Positions 1-9,864 of a stretch of 64,000 nt of DNA are shown piece after piece. The notes beneath the pieces were generated by a model. It was not told the DNA's origin. It did not search any database and worked only from the letters and a program-made list of their open reading frames with translations. The stretch covers positions 3,968,001 to 4,032,000 of the forward strand of contig OZ245011.1 in the NCBI GenBank assembly GCA_965223665.1, given 5' to 3'. The stretch comes from Nitrospinaceae bacterium (GTDB lineage: Bacteria > Nitrospinota > Nitrospinia > Nitrospinales > Nitrospinaceae). Numbering within the stretch: the first letter of the stretch is position 1; every line of letters starts with the position of its first letter. The position numbers and the translations under genes were made by a program.

Positions 1-297
1 AATGCTTTCAAAAGCTCTTTCTTGATCACTTCTCAATTCATTTTTGTATTGATTGAGTTTGATTTCTACAGCATCTAATTGGGTTTGCTGGATGCTGTCA
101 TTAGAATAGAAATAAGCTAACATCAATAGGATTACTCCTGTATAGAGCATCACTTTTAAAACTGTGGTTTCTTTTTTCCGATTCTGAATATTTGCTCTTA
201 AGGCTTCGATTTCCTCTTTTAATGACTCAAGAGTGACAGATGTATTAGAAACTTCCAGTGTGGGTTCAGAAGAATTATCTTTTTGCGGTTGTTCCAT
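1..297 (-). CDS. Hypothetical single-pass membrane / coiled-coil protein (partial, runs off the window start)
   Basis: Manual translation from ATG at 297 (GAGG upstream): MEQPQKDNSS...VLKVMLYTGVILLMLAYFYSND...RAFESI, open to position 1; one hydrophobic segment. Not in the ORF track. Confidence 0.7.
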   Translation of the reverse strand, partial: MEQPQKDNSSEPTLEVSNTSVTLESLKEEIEALRANIQNRKKETTVLKVMLYTGVILLMLAYFYSNDSIQQTQLDAVEIKLNQYKNELRSDQERAFESI

Positions 298-417
298 GAT
301 CAAGTAAACCTCAACGACAAATTTTATGATTGTTTAGAGAGTCAGTGATTTTATCCAATACTGGTTGAGGAGTCAAATGGATGTTGGTTTCTATTTTTGT
401 TAATTAAAGGATCGGAA

Positions 418-1788
418 TTAATGATGAGAATTAAGTGATTCAAGTTTCTTTTTGGCTTCTGGATTTTGTGGATCCAACTGTAAAATGACTTTTAACTCCT
501 GAATGGCTTCCGCAGGCCGACCTTGTTTTTCATAAATTTCGAAAAGTTTCCAATGAAGCGATAAGAAATCAAGCCCTAATTCTACAGCTTTTGAATACGC
601 TTTTTCGGCTTTATGGATCTTATTTAGAGCAAATTGTGAATTCCCTAAATTAAAATAGGCTATGGCAAACTCAGGGTCTAAGTTGATGGCCTTTTGCAAG
701 TAAGGTAAAGCTTCTTTGGCTTTATTTTGTTTATTAAGAACGGCTCCTAAATTAGAAAGCGCCTGTATAAAATTAGGATATACAGCAATGGCTTGTTTAA
801 AACGAGTGACTGCTTTCTCTAAATCTCCTTGACGGAAATATTGACCTCCAAGATTTGACAGGGCTTCAGGAAAATTAGGGTTTAACTTAAGGGCTTTTTC
901 GTATTCTTTAATAGCGTTATCTACTTCTCCAATATTGCGATAGGCGATGGCCAAATCATAATAGGCAATTGGAAAGTTGGGATTTAAACTCAAGAATTTT
1001 TTTAAAAGATTGATGGCTTTGTTTGGGTCGCCCTCATCAAAAAGTGCAAAACTTCCACGATAATACATTGCTTCCCTGGATGTTTTATCTTGCTCCAGTA
1101 ATTGTTCAAAAGTTAATTTTAAATTTTCATTTAATTTGGGTTTTATGTAATTAATGGGTAATGCGAGGTTAATGGCTCGTCCTTCTACTGTTGAGATACC
1201 CACTACCTGATTTTTATTGTTTACCAGGGGGCCCCCGCTAAACCCAGAACTTAAAGGAGTTGTTGAATAAATGAAATTAAAATCGGGGAAGGCTTGTGGG
1301 TGCATGCCTAAAGTAAACCCATAGGTTTGGAGTAAGTTGTTTTTTGCTGAAATTGCGTTCATTCTTACTGCTTGAATAGGATAACCAAGGGCACTGGAAT
1401 AATGAAAATCTCTAATTTCATCAGAATTGCCCAGTTCAAGGGTGGAATAGAATCCTTCCTTTAACTGAAGAATGCAGAAATCTTTGGTTCGATCCAAATT
1501 CCTTATGAATTCAACGGGAACATGAGTCCCATCTCTAAAGAATGCTTCCATTGCAGAGGCATTCAGTAAATTATGATAATTGGAAACCACTATTCCCTCT
1601 GGCTGAATTACGAATCCTGTCCCGGTAGAAACCACTTGGCCTTGCTTATTTTTTGCTGCCAGAAGGACGATTGCATTTTTATTGACCTCATATCCCCATC
1701 CTTTAAATGGAAAGGATATGAAAACAAGACACAGCAAAAGAAAATAAGTTCGAAAGTTTTTAAATAAATTGGATGAGAAAAAATTCAT
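418..1788 (-). CDS. Exported trypsin-like (S1) serine protease with C-terminal TPR array
   Basis: Signal peptide; GTGFVI, SNYH (His), DFCIL (Asp), GFSGGPL (Ser); about 7 TPRs (e.g. AYYDLAIAY, ALSNLGG, AYFNLGN). Confidence 0.85.
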   Translation of the reverse strand: MNFFSSNLFKNFRTYFLLLCLVFISFPFKGWGYEVNKNAIVLLAAKNKQGQVVSTGTGFVIQPEGIVVSNYHNLLNASAMEAFFRDGTHVPVEFIRNLDRTKDFCILQLKEGFYSTLELGNSDEIRDFHYSSALGYPIQAVRMNAISAKNNLLQTYGFTLGMHPQAFPDFNFIYSTTPLSSGFSGGPLVNNKNQVVGISTVEGRAINLALPINYIKPKLNENLKLTFEQLLEQDKTSREAMYYRGSFALFDEGDPNKAINLLKKFLSLNPNFPIAYYDLAIAYRNIGEVDNAIKEYEKALKLNPNFPEALSNLGGQYFRQGDLEKAVTRFKQAIAVYPNFIQALSNLGAVLNKQNKAKEALPYLQKAINLDPEFAIAYFNLGNSQFALNKIHKAEKAYSKAVELGLDFLSLHWKLFEIYEKQGRPAEAIQELKVILQLDPQNPEAKKKLESLNSHH

Positions 1789-1935
1789 AATTCAAATGCA
1801 ATTTACTTTCTACTTTTCGAAAAAATGCAGAAAGTCTTAGAGCCATAAATTGAATAATATATTTTGTTCAAATTTCTTTTTAATTGATTGTATAAAGGGG
1901 CTTATTAGAATACAAGTGAATTAAGCTTGAAAAGA

Positions 1936-1975
1936 AAGAGCCGACCCCGGATTTTCAGAGGTCGGCTACTTTTTT
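1936..1975. terminator. Intrinsic terminator downstream of the DUF4399 gene
   Basis: Stem agccgacc...ggtcggct; followed by T-rich tracts on both strands. Confidence 0.75.
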
Positions 1976-1983
1976 AGGGAATA

Positions 1984-2409
1984 TTACTGAACATTCACGA
2001 TTACGGTTGCGGTAATCGGAGGATTGTAAGGTACATGGTTGCCTTGCGCAAATAGACCACGGATAACGTGAACTCCTGATTCTAGTTTTACTTCTTTACA
2101 TGTAGAACCATCTCCCATATGCAAATGTTGTGCGTCTTTTCCAATGGGTTTACTTAAATCGCCAGGAAGGTCGGTATCTACCAAAATATGATGGTGTCCT
2201 TTGCCGTCGTTGACACCTTTTTTTGCTGGTTCTACTTCTACTCCATGAGTAACCAGGCAAACTTTTACTGGACTGGAAACAGTTGCGCCATTAGCTGGCT
2301 CTGAAATGGCAATAGCGCGTGTTCCTGCAGTGGCAGTAGAGATTGCAAAAACCAATAAAGAAATTAGCAGAACTCCAAACTTTAAAAAAATTTTTGTCAT
2401 TACAGTCAC
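1984..2409 (-). CDS. DUF4399-family exported protein
   Basis: Signal peptide; ISEPANGATVSSPV, GHHHILVD, HLHMGDG, G(V)H motifs; AAGGAG RBS. Confidence 0.8.
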   Translation of the reverse strand: MTVMTKIFLKFGVLLISLLVFAISTATAGTRAIAISEPANGATVSSPVKVCLVTHGVEVEPAKKGVNDGKGHHHILVDTDLPGDLSKPIGKDAQHLHMGDGSTCKEVKLESGVHVIRGLFAQGNHVPYNPPITATVIVNVQ

Positions 2410-2873
2410 TCCTTAATCAAGCAGTTTAGTTTTAAACGGGTGGTTCGTTTGTTCAGGTGATGACCCTTAAAGCCAAATAGAAACAAAGATTTAAAGGACC
2501 TAAGAAGTCAAATTATTTTTCCGGGTATTTTTCCTCACCCAAAATATCCAAAGAAAAGCCACCCTCCCTTTTTGCCCTTTCCCTTGTTGGGATTTGGATA
2601 GGGTTTTGAAAATATTTAGATAAGGCTATTTTGAATTAGATTCACCTTTTTGTTTAAAAATAAAACTGAAAAAAAGCATTTTTCACCTAATTTATTCGGG
2701 GTTCCTAAAGAAATGTCAGAATTCCTGTTTTACTCAAGTAGAGAATTACTTATAGGCTTTTCCTTAAGACAAAAAAATTATATACTTACGGGAATTCAAA
2801 ACAAACTTTTAACCTTTAAAATGGTTTTTAATAACACCTCTCTTGTAAGAGTGGTGAAATATTGGAGGATTTA

Positions 2874-3785
2874 ATGGATTTACCTGTCACTGGAGAATGT
2901 CGTCTCTTACACACATGTGAAATGTGTGAATACAATAATGACAATGATTGTAAAGCCGATAAAAACGAACACAACCGCTGGTTGGTCAACAAGCGTATGA
3001 GTGAGATTAAGTATAAAATTATTGTCGGAAGTAATAAAGGCGGAGTGGGAAAAAGTACAGTTACTACAAACTTGGCAATCGCACTCGCTGAAAAAGGAAA
3101 TAAAGTTGGATTGGCGGATGCCGATTTGCACGGGCCTAATATTCCCAAACTTTTAAATGCAGAAAGTGTTCGATTGCGGGCTGAGGACGATGGTATTTCT
3201 CCTTTTGAAACACGCAATGGAGTTAAAGTAGCTTCTTTGGGCTTCCTGATTGAAGATCCTAATATGCATATCGCTTGGCGGGATGCAGTGAAATATGATT
3301 TCATCATCGAGTTATTAGGAAATATTAATTGGGGTCCTTTGGATTATTTGCTGATTGACTTACCTCCAGGCACAGGTAATGAGCAGATTACAATAATTGA
3401 CTTTATTGGGGAAGTTGATGGCTGTGTGGTGGTAACGACTCCACAAGATTTGGCTCTATTAGATGCAAGAAAAATGATTTCTTTTGCGAGAGATAGTAAC
3501 GTCCCCATTGTTGGAATTATTGAAAACATGAGCACAATGGTTTGTCCTCACTGCCAGGCTGAAATTGATGTATTCAAAAAAGATGGCGGGCAAAAGCTTG
3601 CTGAAGAATTGGTGCTGCCTTATTTAGGAAGTATCCCCTTAGATTCTGAGGTGGCTATTCGCTCGGACAGTGGAGAACCTGTTGTGCTTTCTCGACCCGA
3701 CTCGGCTGCAAGTAAAGCATTTTTACAATTAGCAGAAAACTGTCATAAATTCCTCAATCCTGAAGAGTCTTTAAAGGCTGGATAA
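2874..3785 (+). CDS. apbC: Mrp/ApbC/NBP35 Fe-S cluster carrier ATPase
   Basis: KGGVGKST P-loop, DADLHGP, DYLLIDLPPGTG, VVTTPQ, ENMS, CPHC; GGAGG RBS favours ATG 2874. Confidence 0.9.
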   Translation: MDLPVTGECRLLHTCEMCEYNNDNDCKADKNEHNRWLVNKRMSEIKYKIIVGSNKGGVGKSTVTTNLAIALAEKGNKVGLADADLHGPNIPKLLNAESVRLRAEDDGISPFETRNGVKVASLGFLIEDPNMHIAWRDAVKYDFIIELLGNINWGPLDYLLIDLPPGTGNEQITIIDFIGEVDGCVVVTTPQDLALLDARKMISFARDSNVPIVGIIENMSTMVCPHCQAEIDVFKKDGGQKLAEELVLPYLGSIPLDSEVAIRSDSGEPVVLSRPDSAASKAFLQLAENCHKFLNPEESLKAG

Positions 3786-3786
3786 T

Positions 3787-3842
3787 AAAAACAGAAAAAC
3801 CTGATATTATTTTTTTTGTAGATAGGTTTTTCTGTTTTGTTT
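3787..3842 (+). terminator. Probable intrinsic terminator after apbC
   Basis: Inverted repeat acagaaaaacct...aggtttttctgt followed by a T-rich tract. Confidence 0.6.
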
Positions 3843-4010
3843 TTGTCTAATTAATTGATTTTAAATGTTTTATTGGCAAAATAAAGCCATTGCGTAAACT
3901 CCCTTAAATGTTAGATAATAGTAGATAACGAAAAAAAAGTTAAGTATGTTTTGAGCTTTTAATTTCAATTAAATTGTAATTTGTATTCCGGCAACCGAGA
4001 AAAGTTGAAA

Positions 4011-5078
4011 ATGAAAAAATTAATTATTTTTGTAGTTTGGTGCTTTTTGGTTTTTTCTTTAACTCCTATAGCATCCTTCGCAGACCCTCTTCCAAGTGAT
4101 ACAAGACAATATATCCAGCCATTTACAAATAATCCCACGGTAGCAATTGTAGAAGGACGGCCTATTCAATTAGATGAATTAAAGAACTCAAGTATTCAGC
4201 AAATGATGATGCAGTTGTACCAAATGCAAAAAACAATTTTGAAACAAAAGGTTGTGGAAATTTTGCAAAAAAACCATCCTGAAATTCGATTGAAGGATTT
4301 CCAACCAGTAAAGAATAAAGAAATTGAAAGTTTTTATCATAATGAACCTGGGATCAAAGATATAGGTAATTTGCCGGATTTAAAAAATGAAATACGTATG
4401 TTTTTAGAAAAAAGACAACGTCAGACCCATTTGAGAGACATTGATAAAACTTATAACTATGCAATAAGTAAAGGATGGGTCATTGACCACTTTAGACCTC
4501 CAAACGATTTTCGAGTGATTGCCGATATTGGGACAGCTATGCTGTGGTTTCCTCGAAAGCCGCATAAAATGAGAAGAGTTTTTTTAATGGAGTATTCAGA
4601 CTTTTTATGCCCTTTTTGTCAAAAAGTCCAACGCACGATCAATAGTTTGCGGACTCGTTATAAAGAAAAAGTTCAATTTGGTTATAGACACTTTCCTCTA
4701 CATCAGGAGGCGAGGGAAATTTCTGAAGCAGCAGAATGTGCCCGAGAACAGGGGAAATTTTGGCAATACCAAAGGATTATTTATAATAATCCACAAAGTC
4801 ATAAAAACTTTGACCAACTTGTGCAAACCGCTCGCCTGGCAGGTGTGAAAAATCTCACTAGATTTCAGCGGTGCTTGAGTCAAAATAAATATAGGCAACG
4901 TGTAGAAAATGATATTCAAGAAGGAATAGAATTAGGAATTGAGGGAACGCCGTCATTCATAATTGGGACTTATAATCCTGAAAACTCTACGATAAATGGA
5001 GAAATTTTATCTGGCGCAGTTACTGGGGAAAAATTTTCTCATGTCATTGAAAAATACTTGTCTTCCCTAAATAATTGA
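4011..5078 (+). CDS. Exported DsbA/Thioredoxin_4-family oxidoreductase with N-terminal helical domain
   Basis: Signal peptide from MKKLII; EYSDFLCPFC, YRHFPL, AAECAREQGKFW, GIEGTPSF. Confidence 0.85.
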   Translation: MKKLIIFVVWCFLVFSLTPIASFADPLPSDTRQYIQPFTNNPTVAIVEGRPIQLDELKNSSIQQMMMQLYQMQKTILKQKVVEILQKNHPEIRLKDFQPVKNKEIESFYHNEPGIKDIGNLPDLKNEIRMFLEKRQRQTHLRDIDKTYNYAISKGWVIDHFRPPNDFRVIADIGTAMLWFPRKPHKMRRVFLMEYSDFLCPFCQKVQRTINSLRTRYKEKVQFGYRHFPLHQEAREISEAAECAREQGKFWQYQRIIYNNPQSHKNFDQLVQTARLAGVKNLTRFQRCLSQNKYRQRVENDIQEGIELGIEGTPSFIIGTYNPENSTINGEILSGAVTGEKFSHVIEKYLSSLNN

Positions 5079-5094
5079 TCAGGAGTTTTTACCC

Positions 5095-5685
5095 TTGAAT
5101 TTGCTCTATTCCCTTAAGCCAAAGGGTTTCTTTAAGTTTAGGTTTTTTCCCTTCCGATTTTACTTAGCACTTTTTTTCCCTCTGATTTACTTAGTAAATT
5201 TCTCTTTTACGGGATTGGTCGAAGGCTCGCCACTATTCAAAGAATATTTATCTGAATCCAATAGTAAGGGCCAGGAAATATATATTCAGGCTATGCCAGA
5301 TAAAGATGATTTGTATCCTGGAGATAGCTTTTATTTTTTTTTAATGGTGGATCTAGCGCCCGGCTGGCATATATATTCCCTCAGCAAACAAGATGTTGAG
5401 GAAGATATTTCTACAAAAGTTTTAATGGATCCAAACAAATTTATTTGGGAGGGAGAATGGCAGGAATCTGACCCTCAGTTAGTCAAAGATGAGGTGTTGG
5501 GGAAAGTGATGAAAACGCATTCCAAGCGCGCTGAATTTTCCCACCGTATGATGGTACCTAATAATATCTCTCCAGGAACTTATTCCCTGCAAGGGAAGCT
5601 TACCTACAGCACCTGCAATAATAAAATTTGCAGTCTTCCTCGGCAAAAACGATTTATTTCTCATGTTATAGTAAAGAATAAATAG
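5095..5685 (+). CDS. DsbD N-terminal (alpha) domain protein
   Basis: PGWHIYS motif and C-terminal YSTCNNKICSLP (CX4C); start codon uncertain. Confidence 0.75.
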   Translation: MNLLYSLKPKGFFKFRFFPFRFYLALFFPLIYLVNFSFTGLVEGSPLFKEYLSESNSKGQEIYIQAMPDKDDLYPGDSFYFFLMVDLAPGWHIYSLSKQDVEEDISTKVLMDPNKFIWEGEWQESDPQLVKDEVLGKVMKTHSKRAEFSHRMMVPNNISPGTYSLQGKLTYSTCNNKICSLPRQKRFISHVIVKNK

Positions 5686-5720
5686 TTTTAATTTTTTTTT
5701 CGATCCATTGAAATATTTTT

Positions 5721-8360
5721 ATGGAAGTAATCACAACACATTTTAACGCAGATTTTGACTGTATGGCATCTATGGTGGCCGTTCAGAAATTGTACCCAGA
5801 TGCGAAAATGGTGTTTTCTGGATCAATGGAAAAGGCTTTGCAAAATTTCTTAAAGGCTTTTGGATATCCCTTTCAATTCACCAAAATTAAAGAAGTGGAC
5901 TTTGAAAAAATCACACTTCTTGTTGTGGTGGATACTCAAGATCCCAACCGGATTGGTCCATTTAAATCGCTGTTGAATAAAAAAAATATACAGGTACATG
6001 TTTATGATCATCATTTAGATGTGGCAAACCCAATTCAGGCTGAGAAAAAATTTATCATGAAGCGAGGTTCTACGACGACCATGCTCTGTGAAATGCTTGC
6101 TGAAAAGGGTATCAATTTTTCTAAAACTGAAAACACACTTATGGCTTTGGGGATCTATCAGGATACACATTCATTAATTTCGCCTTCTACTTGCCCAGAG
6201 GATTTTTTTGCGGTGGGTCAGTTGGTAAAAAATGGAGTCGATTTAAACGTTGTTGCAGACTTCGTCGAAGCAAAGCTGAATAGAGATCAGTTAGAGGTTA
6301 TGAACATTTTGATTGGAAATTTAGAAATCCAAAACTTTAATGGTGTTGATATTGCAATATCTACTGCGACCTTGGAAAATTACATTGGAGATTTAGCAGT
6401 AGTTGTCTATCGGTTAATGCAATTAGAAAACTTGGGCATAATGTTTGCTGTGCTACGTTTGGAATCACGAATATATTTAATTGGCCGTAGTAGATCTGAT
6501 GAGGTGAATGTAGGGCATGTTTTAAGACACTTTGGAGGTGGAGGGCATCCCAATGCGGCATCGGCTAGTATTAAAGAATTAACCTTGATTGAAACCCGGG
6601 AAAAACTTAATTCAATTCTATCTGAGGAGGTCAAGCCCTTAGAGTTGGTAAAAAACATTATGCATGCTCCCGTAATTACTGCTTCCGCAAAAAACTCTGT
6701 GGAGGAAGTTGAGAAAAAGATGACTAAGTTTAATCTCAATTCTTTGCCGGTGGTCGTTGGGAAAAAACCGGTTGGATTGATAACTAGACAAATTGTGGAG
6801 AAAGCCCTTCATCATAAATTGGCAAAAGAGCCTGTCGAAGAAATTATGATCCATGAAATCACTGTCACAACTCCAGATTCTTATTTCAAATCAATTGTGC
6901 CAATTATAGTTGAGGAAAAACAGAAAGTAATTCCAGTTGTTCATCCAAAAGACGGAAAACTTTTGGGTGTTGTTAGCCGCGGGGATTTGTTAAGAATCTT
7001 ACATAAAGATTTGGCAAGTTATTCAACGGGTTCATACGCACCTTTGCTTCAAGAGAAGGAGTATTTAGTAAAGAACCTAAAAAGTTTAATGACGGAACGT
7101 ATGCCAAGAGAAATTATGAATTTATTGGCAGTAACTGTGAAAACAGCGAATAAAATGGATTGCAAAGTTTATGCTGTAGGTGGTTTTGTGAGGGATTTGT
7201 TGTTAAGAGTTGAGAATTTGGACATTGATATTGTTGTTGAGGGGAATGGTGTTGAGTTTGCTGCGGCTTTGGGGGATAAACTTAAAGGTCGAGTAATTTC
7301 CCATAAAAAATTTGGAACCTCTGTAGTTGTTCTGCCTAATGGATATAAAATCGATGTAGCTACGGCTAGAGTTGAGTATTATAAACATCCTGCTGCCTTA
7401 CCCACTGTTGAAAAAAGTTCAATAAAATCGGATTTATTTCGTAGAGACTTTACTTTTAACAGTTTAGCTATCAAATTGAATGGTTCAGATGCATTTAACC
7501 TGATTGATTTTTTTAATGGCCAACGTGATTTAAAAGAAAAGGTAGTGAGAGTTTTGCATAATTTGAGTTTTGTTGAAGATCCATGCCGGGCCTTTAGAGC
7601 AGTTCGTTTTGAACAGAGATTGAAGTTTTCAATTGGTAAGCAAACAGAATCATTTATAAAAAGGGCTGTGAAAAAAAAATTATTTGATAGTCTAAGCGGC
7701 CATCGTTTATTTAATGAGTTGGTTTTGATTTTGAAGGAAAAGAAAGTTGTGGAATGTGCCCGTCGAATGAATGAGCTTGGTCTTTTAAAAAGTGTTCTTC
7801 CTCAATTAGCTAAAGGATCTAAACACTTTGAAAACTTAGAAAAAATTCAAGGGATTTTATCTTTGTCTAATGTGGTATCTTTAATTCCTGCCTCGGAAAT
7901 ATGGTGGGTGAACTTTTTAGGGTTAACTTCTAACCTGGATTCAAAAGCCAGTTCTGAATTAATAGATCGATTAAAAATGACCGGAAAAATTCTTCGCAGA
8001 TTTAAAAAAGATAGAGAGGATTATCCCAAATCCTTAAAAGCATTAAAAAAATTTAAAAATCCTCAGCCTAGCGATATTTATAATTTGTTAAGGGAGGTTT
8101 CCCGAGAGTCTATCTTATTTTTAATGGCTATCTCTGGCAATGAAGCAATTAATAAACAGCTACTATTGTACATCACCCAATATGATAGTTCTGCTGATCT
8201 GTTTTTGGATGGAGAGGATTTAAAGAATATGGGAATTAAACCCGGCCCTCTTTTTAAACAAGTTTTTAAAGTATTGAGAGATGCAAAGCTTGATGGAGTT
8301 GTCCGAACTCGTGAAGATGAGATGGCTTTGGTCAATGAAAAATTTATAGAGACACCTTGA
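5721..8360 (+). CDS. cca: tRNA nucleotidyltransferase (CCA- or A-adding type) with DHH, DHHA1 and CBS domains
   Basis: HFNADFD, YDHH, GGGGHPNAASA, CBS pair, AVGGFVRD, DIDIVV, DLFRRDFTFN, EDPCR. Confidence 0.9.
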   Translation: MEVITTHFNADFDCMASMVAVQKLYPDAKMVFSGSMEKALQNFLKAFGYPFQFTKIKEVDFEKITLLVVVDTQDPNRIGPFKSLLNKKNIQVHVYDHHLDVANPIQAEKKFIMKRGSTTTMLCEMLAEKGINFSKTENTLMALGIYQDTHSLISPSTCPEDFFAVGQLVKNGVDLNVVADFVEAKLNRDQLEVMNILIGNLEIQNFNGVDIAISTATLENYIGDLAVVVYRLMQLENLGIMFAVLRLESRIYLIGRSRSDEVNVGHVLRHFGGGGHPNAASASIKELTLIETREKLNSILSEEVKPLELVKNIMHAPVITASAKNSVEEVEKKMTKFNLNSLPVVVGKKPVGLITRQIVEKALHHKLAKEPVEEIMIHEITVTTPDSYFKSIVPIIVEEKQKVIPVVHPKDGKLLGVVSRGDLLRILHKDLASYSTGSYAPLLQEKEYLVKNLKSLMTERMPREIMNLLAVTVKTANKMDCKVYAVGGFVRDLLLRVENLDIDIVVEGNGVEFAAALGDKLKGRVISHKKFGTSVVVLPNGYKIDVATARVEYYKHPAALPTVEKSSIKSDLFRRDFTFNSLAIKLNGSDAFNLIDFFNGQRDLKEKVVRVLHNLSFVEDPCRAFRAVRFEQRLKFSIGKQTESFIKRAVKKKLFDSLSGHRLFNELVLILKEKKVVECARRMNELGLLKSVLPQLAKGSKHFENLEKIQGILSLSNVVSLIPASEIWWVNFLGLTSNLDSKASSELIDRLKMTGKILRRFKKDREDYPKSLKALKKFKNPQPSDIYNLLREVSRESILFLMAISGNEAINKQLLLYITQYDSSADLFLDGEDLKNMGIKPGPLFKQVFKVLRDAKLDGVVRTREDEMALVNEKFIETP

Positions 8361-8455
8361 GTCCCATGAAAATTGTTGGATGAAATTATGTTATACTTCG
8401 TCCAAAATTTTTTAAATTGAAAATAATTTTCGCCATATTTTGAAAGGGCTTTGTT

Positions 8456-8989
8456 GTGGCAAGTGTGGAATATTTGATTAAACAGTTTTTAAGTCCTGAT
8501 AAGAGGACTCTGGATCTAAGTAATTATAACTTGGGGGATAAAGGATGTACTGCTTTAACCAATTCAAAACAAATAAAATCCGGTAAATTGCGTATTTTAC
8601 GTCTTCCAAATAACAATATAAGCGATGAAGGTGTAAAGGAACTCGCGGATTGCGAGTTTTTTAATAATTTAAGAGAATTAGATTTATACGGAAACGTAAT
8701 TAGTGACGATGGTGTGAAAGCTATTGCCCTATCTCCTCATTTTGAAAAGCTAAAAAAATTAGGTCTTTATGGGAACCTTATTGAGGACGAAGGCGCAATT
8801 GCCCTTGCAGAATCCGATGTGTTAACAAAAGTAACCCATCTTTACTTAACCGCTAATAGAATTCGTAAAGAAGGAATTGATGCTTTAAAAAATGCAAAAT
8901 GTCGTACACGTTTTTGCCACTTATATGTTGATGACCTTTCGGATTTTGCTTATGAAGATGATTTGGATGATGAAGAGGATGATGATTGA
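8456..8989 (+). CDS. Leucine-rich repeat protein with acidic C-terminal tail
   Basis: 27-aa repeats LxxLxLxxNxIxDxGxxxLA; tail EDDLDDEEDDD. Confidence 0.85.
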   Translation: MASVEYLIKQFLSPDKRTLDLSNYNLGDKGCTALTNSKQIKSGKLRILRLPNNNISDEGVKELADCEFFNNLRELDLYGNVISDDGVKAIALSPHFEKLKKLGLYGNLIEDEGAIALAESDVLTKVTHLYLTANRIRKEGIDALKNAKCRTRFCHLYVDDLSDFAYEDDLDDEEDDD

Positions 8990-8992
8990 TTC

Positions 8993-9574
8993 ATGATTGC
9001 CAATCAAATGTTTAAAATTATTTTTATTTTTACCCTGGGATTGATAGCTGTTTCAAACTCTTCCGAGGCGCAGTTTTTTGAAAATAAAGATTATTTTGAT
9101 GATTCAAAAATTAATTATAATCAGATTTTTCAACAGGGTCTTTCTGCCAACGGAAAATCATTGAATCTATCCGGAAAAAAAATTGGAGACGAGGGCGTGA
9201 AGGCTTTAGTTTCTTATGCCCCTTTGGAAAAGGTAACCAAAATGGATTTGCGTTACAACAAGATTTCAGAGAAGGGGGCTAAGTTATTAGCGGATTGTAA
9301 AGAGTTGAGAAAGATAAAAAAATTGGATTTAAGACATAATTATTTTTTAGATGCAGGAGCTATTATGCTGGCTAATTCTAGTGGGTTACCTAATCTTGAA
9401 AAGTTAAACTTGAGTTTTAATGAAATTCGAGATCAAGGAGCCCTGGCATTTGCCAAATCCAAAAACTTTCCTAAACTTAGAAAGCTGGATTTAGCTGGAA
9501 ATTTTCTAGCGGATGAAACTAAGCAAACTCTAAAAAAAGACTTAAGTCACCTCAAGTCTCTTAAACTATATTAG
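8993..9574 (+). CDS. Exported leucine-rich repeat protein
   Basis: Signal peptide (SSEA/Q); 27-aa LRRs, e.g. LEKLNLSFNEIRDQGALAFA. Confidence 0.85.
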   Translation: MIANQMFKIIFIFTLGLIAVSNSSEAQFFENKDYFDDSKINYNQIFQQGLSANGKSLNLSGKKIGDEGVKALVSYAPLEKVTKMDLRYNKISEKGAKLLADCKELRKIKKLDLRHNYFLDAGAIMLANSSGLPNLEKLNLSFNEIRDQGALAFAKSKNFPKLRKLDLAGNFLADETKQTLKKDLSHLKSLKLY

Positions 9575-9595
9575 TTTAATTGTTTTAATTGTAAG

Positions 9596-9838
9596 TTATA
9601 TTTTTATAACTCCTGAATCTTCATCAAAATAAAATGATTCTCCCTCAGGTGCTCGGTAGGTAATTTCTTTTACTTCCCAAATGTGTTTCCTTTTTACATC
9701 AGCTTCTGCAGCATGAAACCTCCCTTTGTCTTTTCTTTGCAGCAGAAGAAATTCATTTTTGTTATTCGAAATGATTTCCCATTCATGGTAATCGCTTTGG
9801 ACAATGCCTTTTTCGTAATCAATACTAATGATATTCAT
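9596..9838 (-). CDS. Small hypothetical protein
   Basis: 80-aa ORF with GGGAG RBS, directly downstream of ctpA. Confidence 0.7.
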   Translation of the reverse strand: MNIISIDYEKGIVQSDYHEWEIISNNKNEFLLLQRKDKGRFHAAEADVKRKHIWEVKEITYRAPEGESFYFDEDSGVIKI

Positions 9839-9864
9839 CTCTCCCTTTCATTAGTGACGATTGG

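Noticed and set aside
2828-3307. 159-aa antisense ORF and the many other short shadow ORFs in the track
   Set aside because: They lie antisense or out of frame within well-supported genes and have no motifs or RBS.
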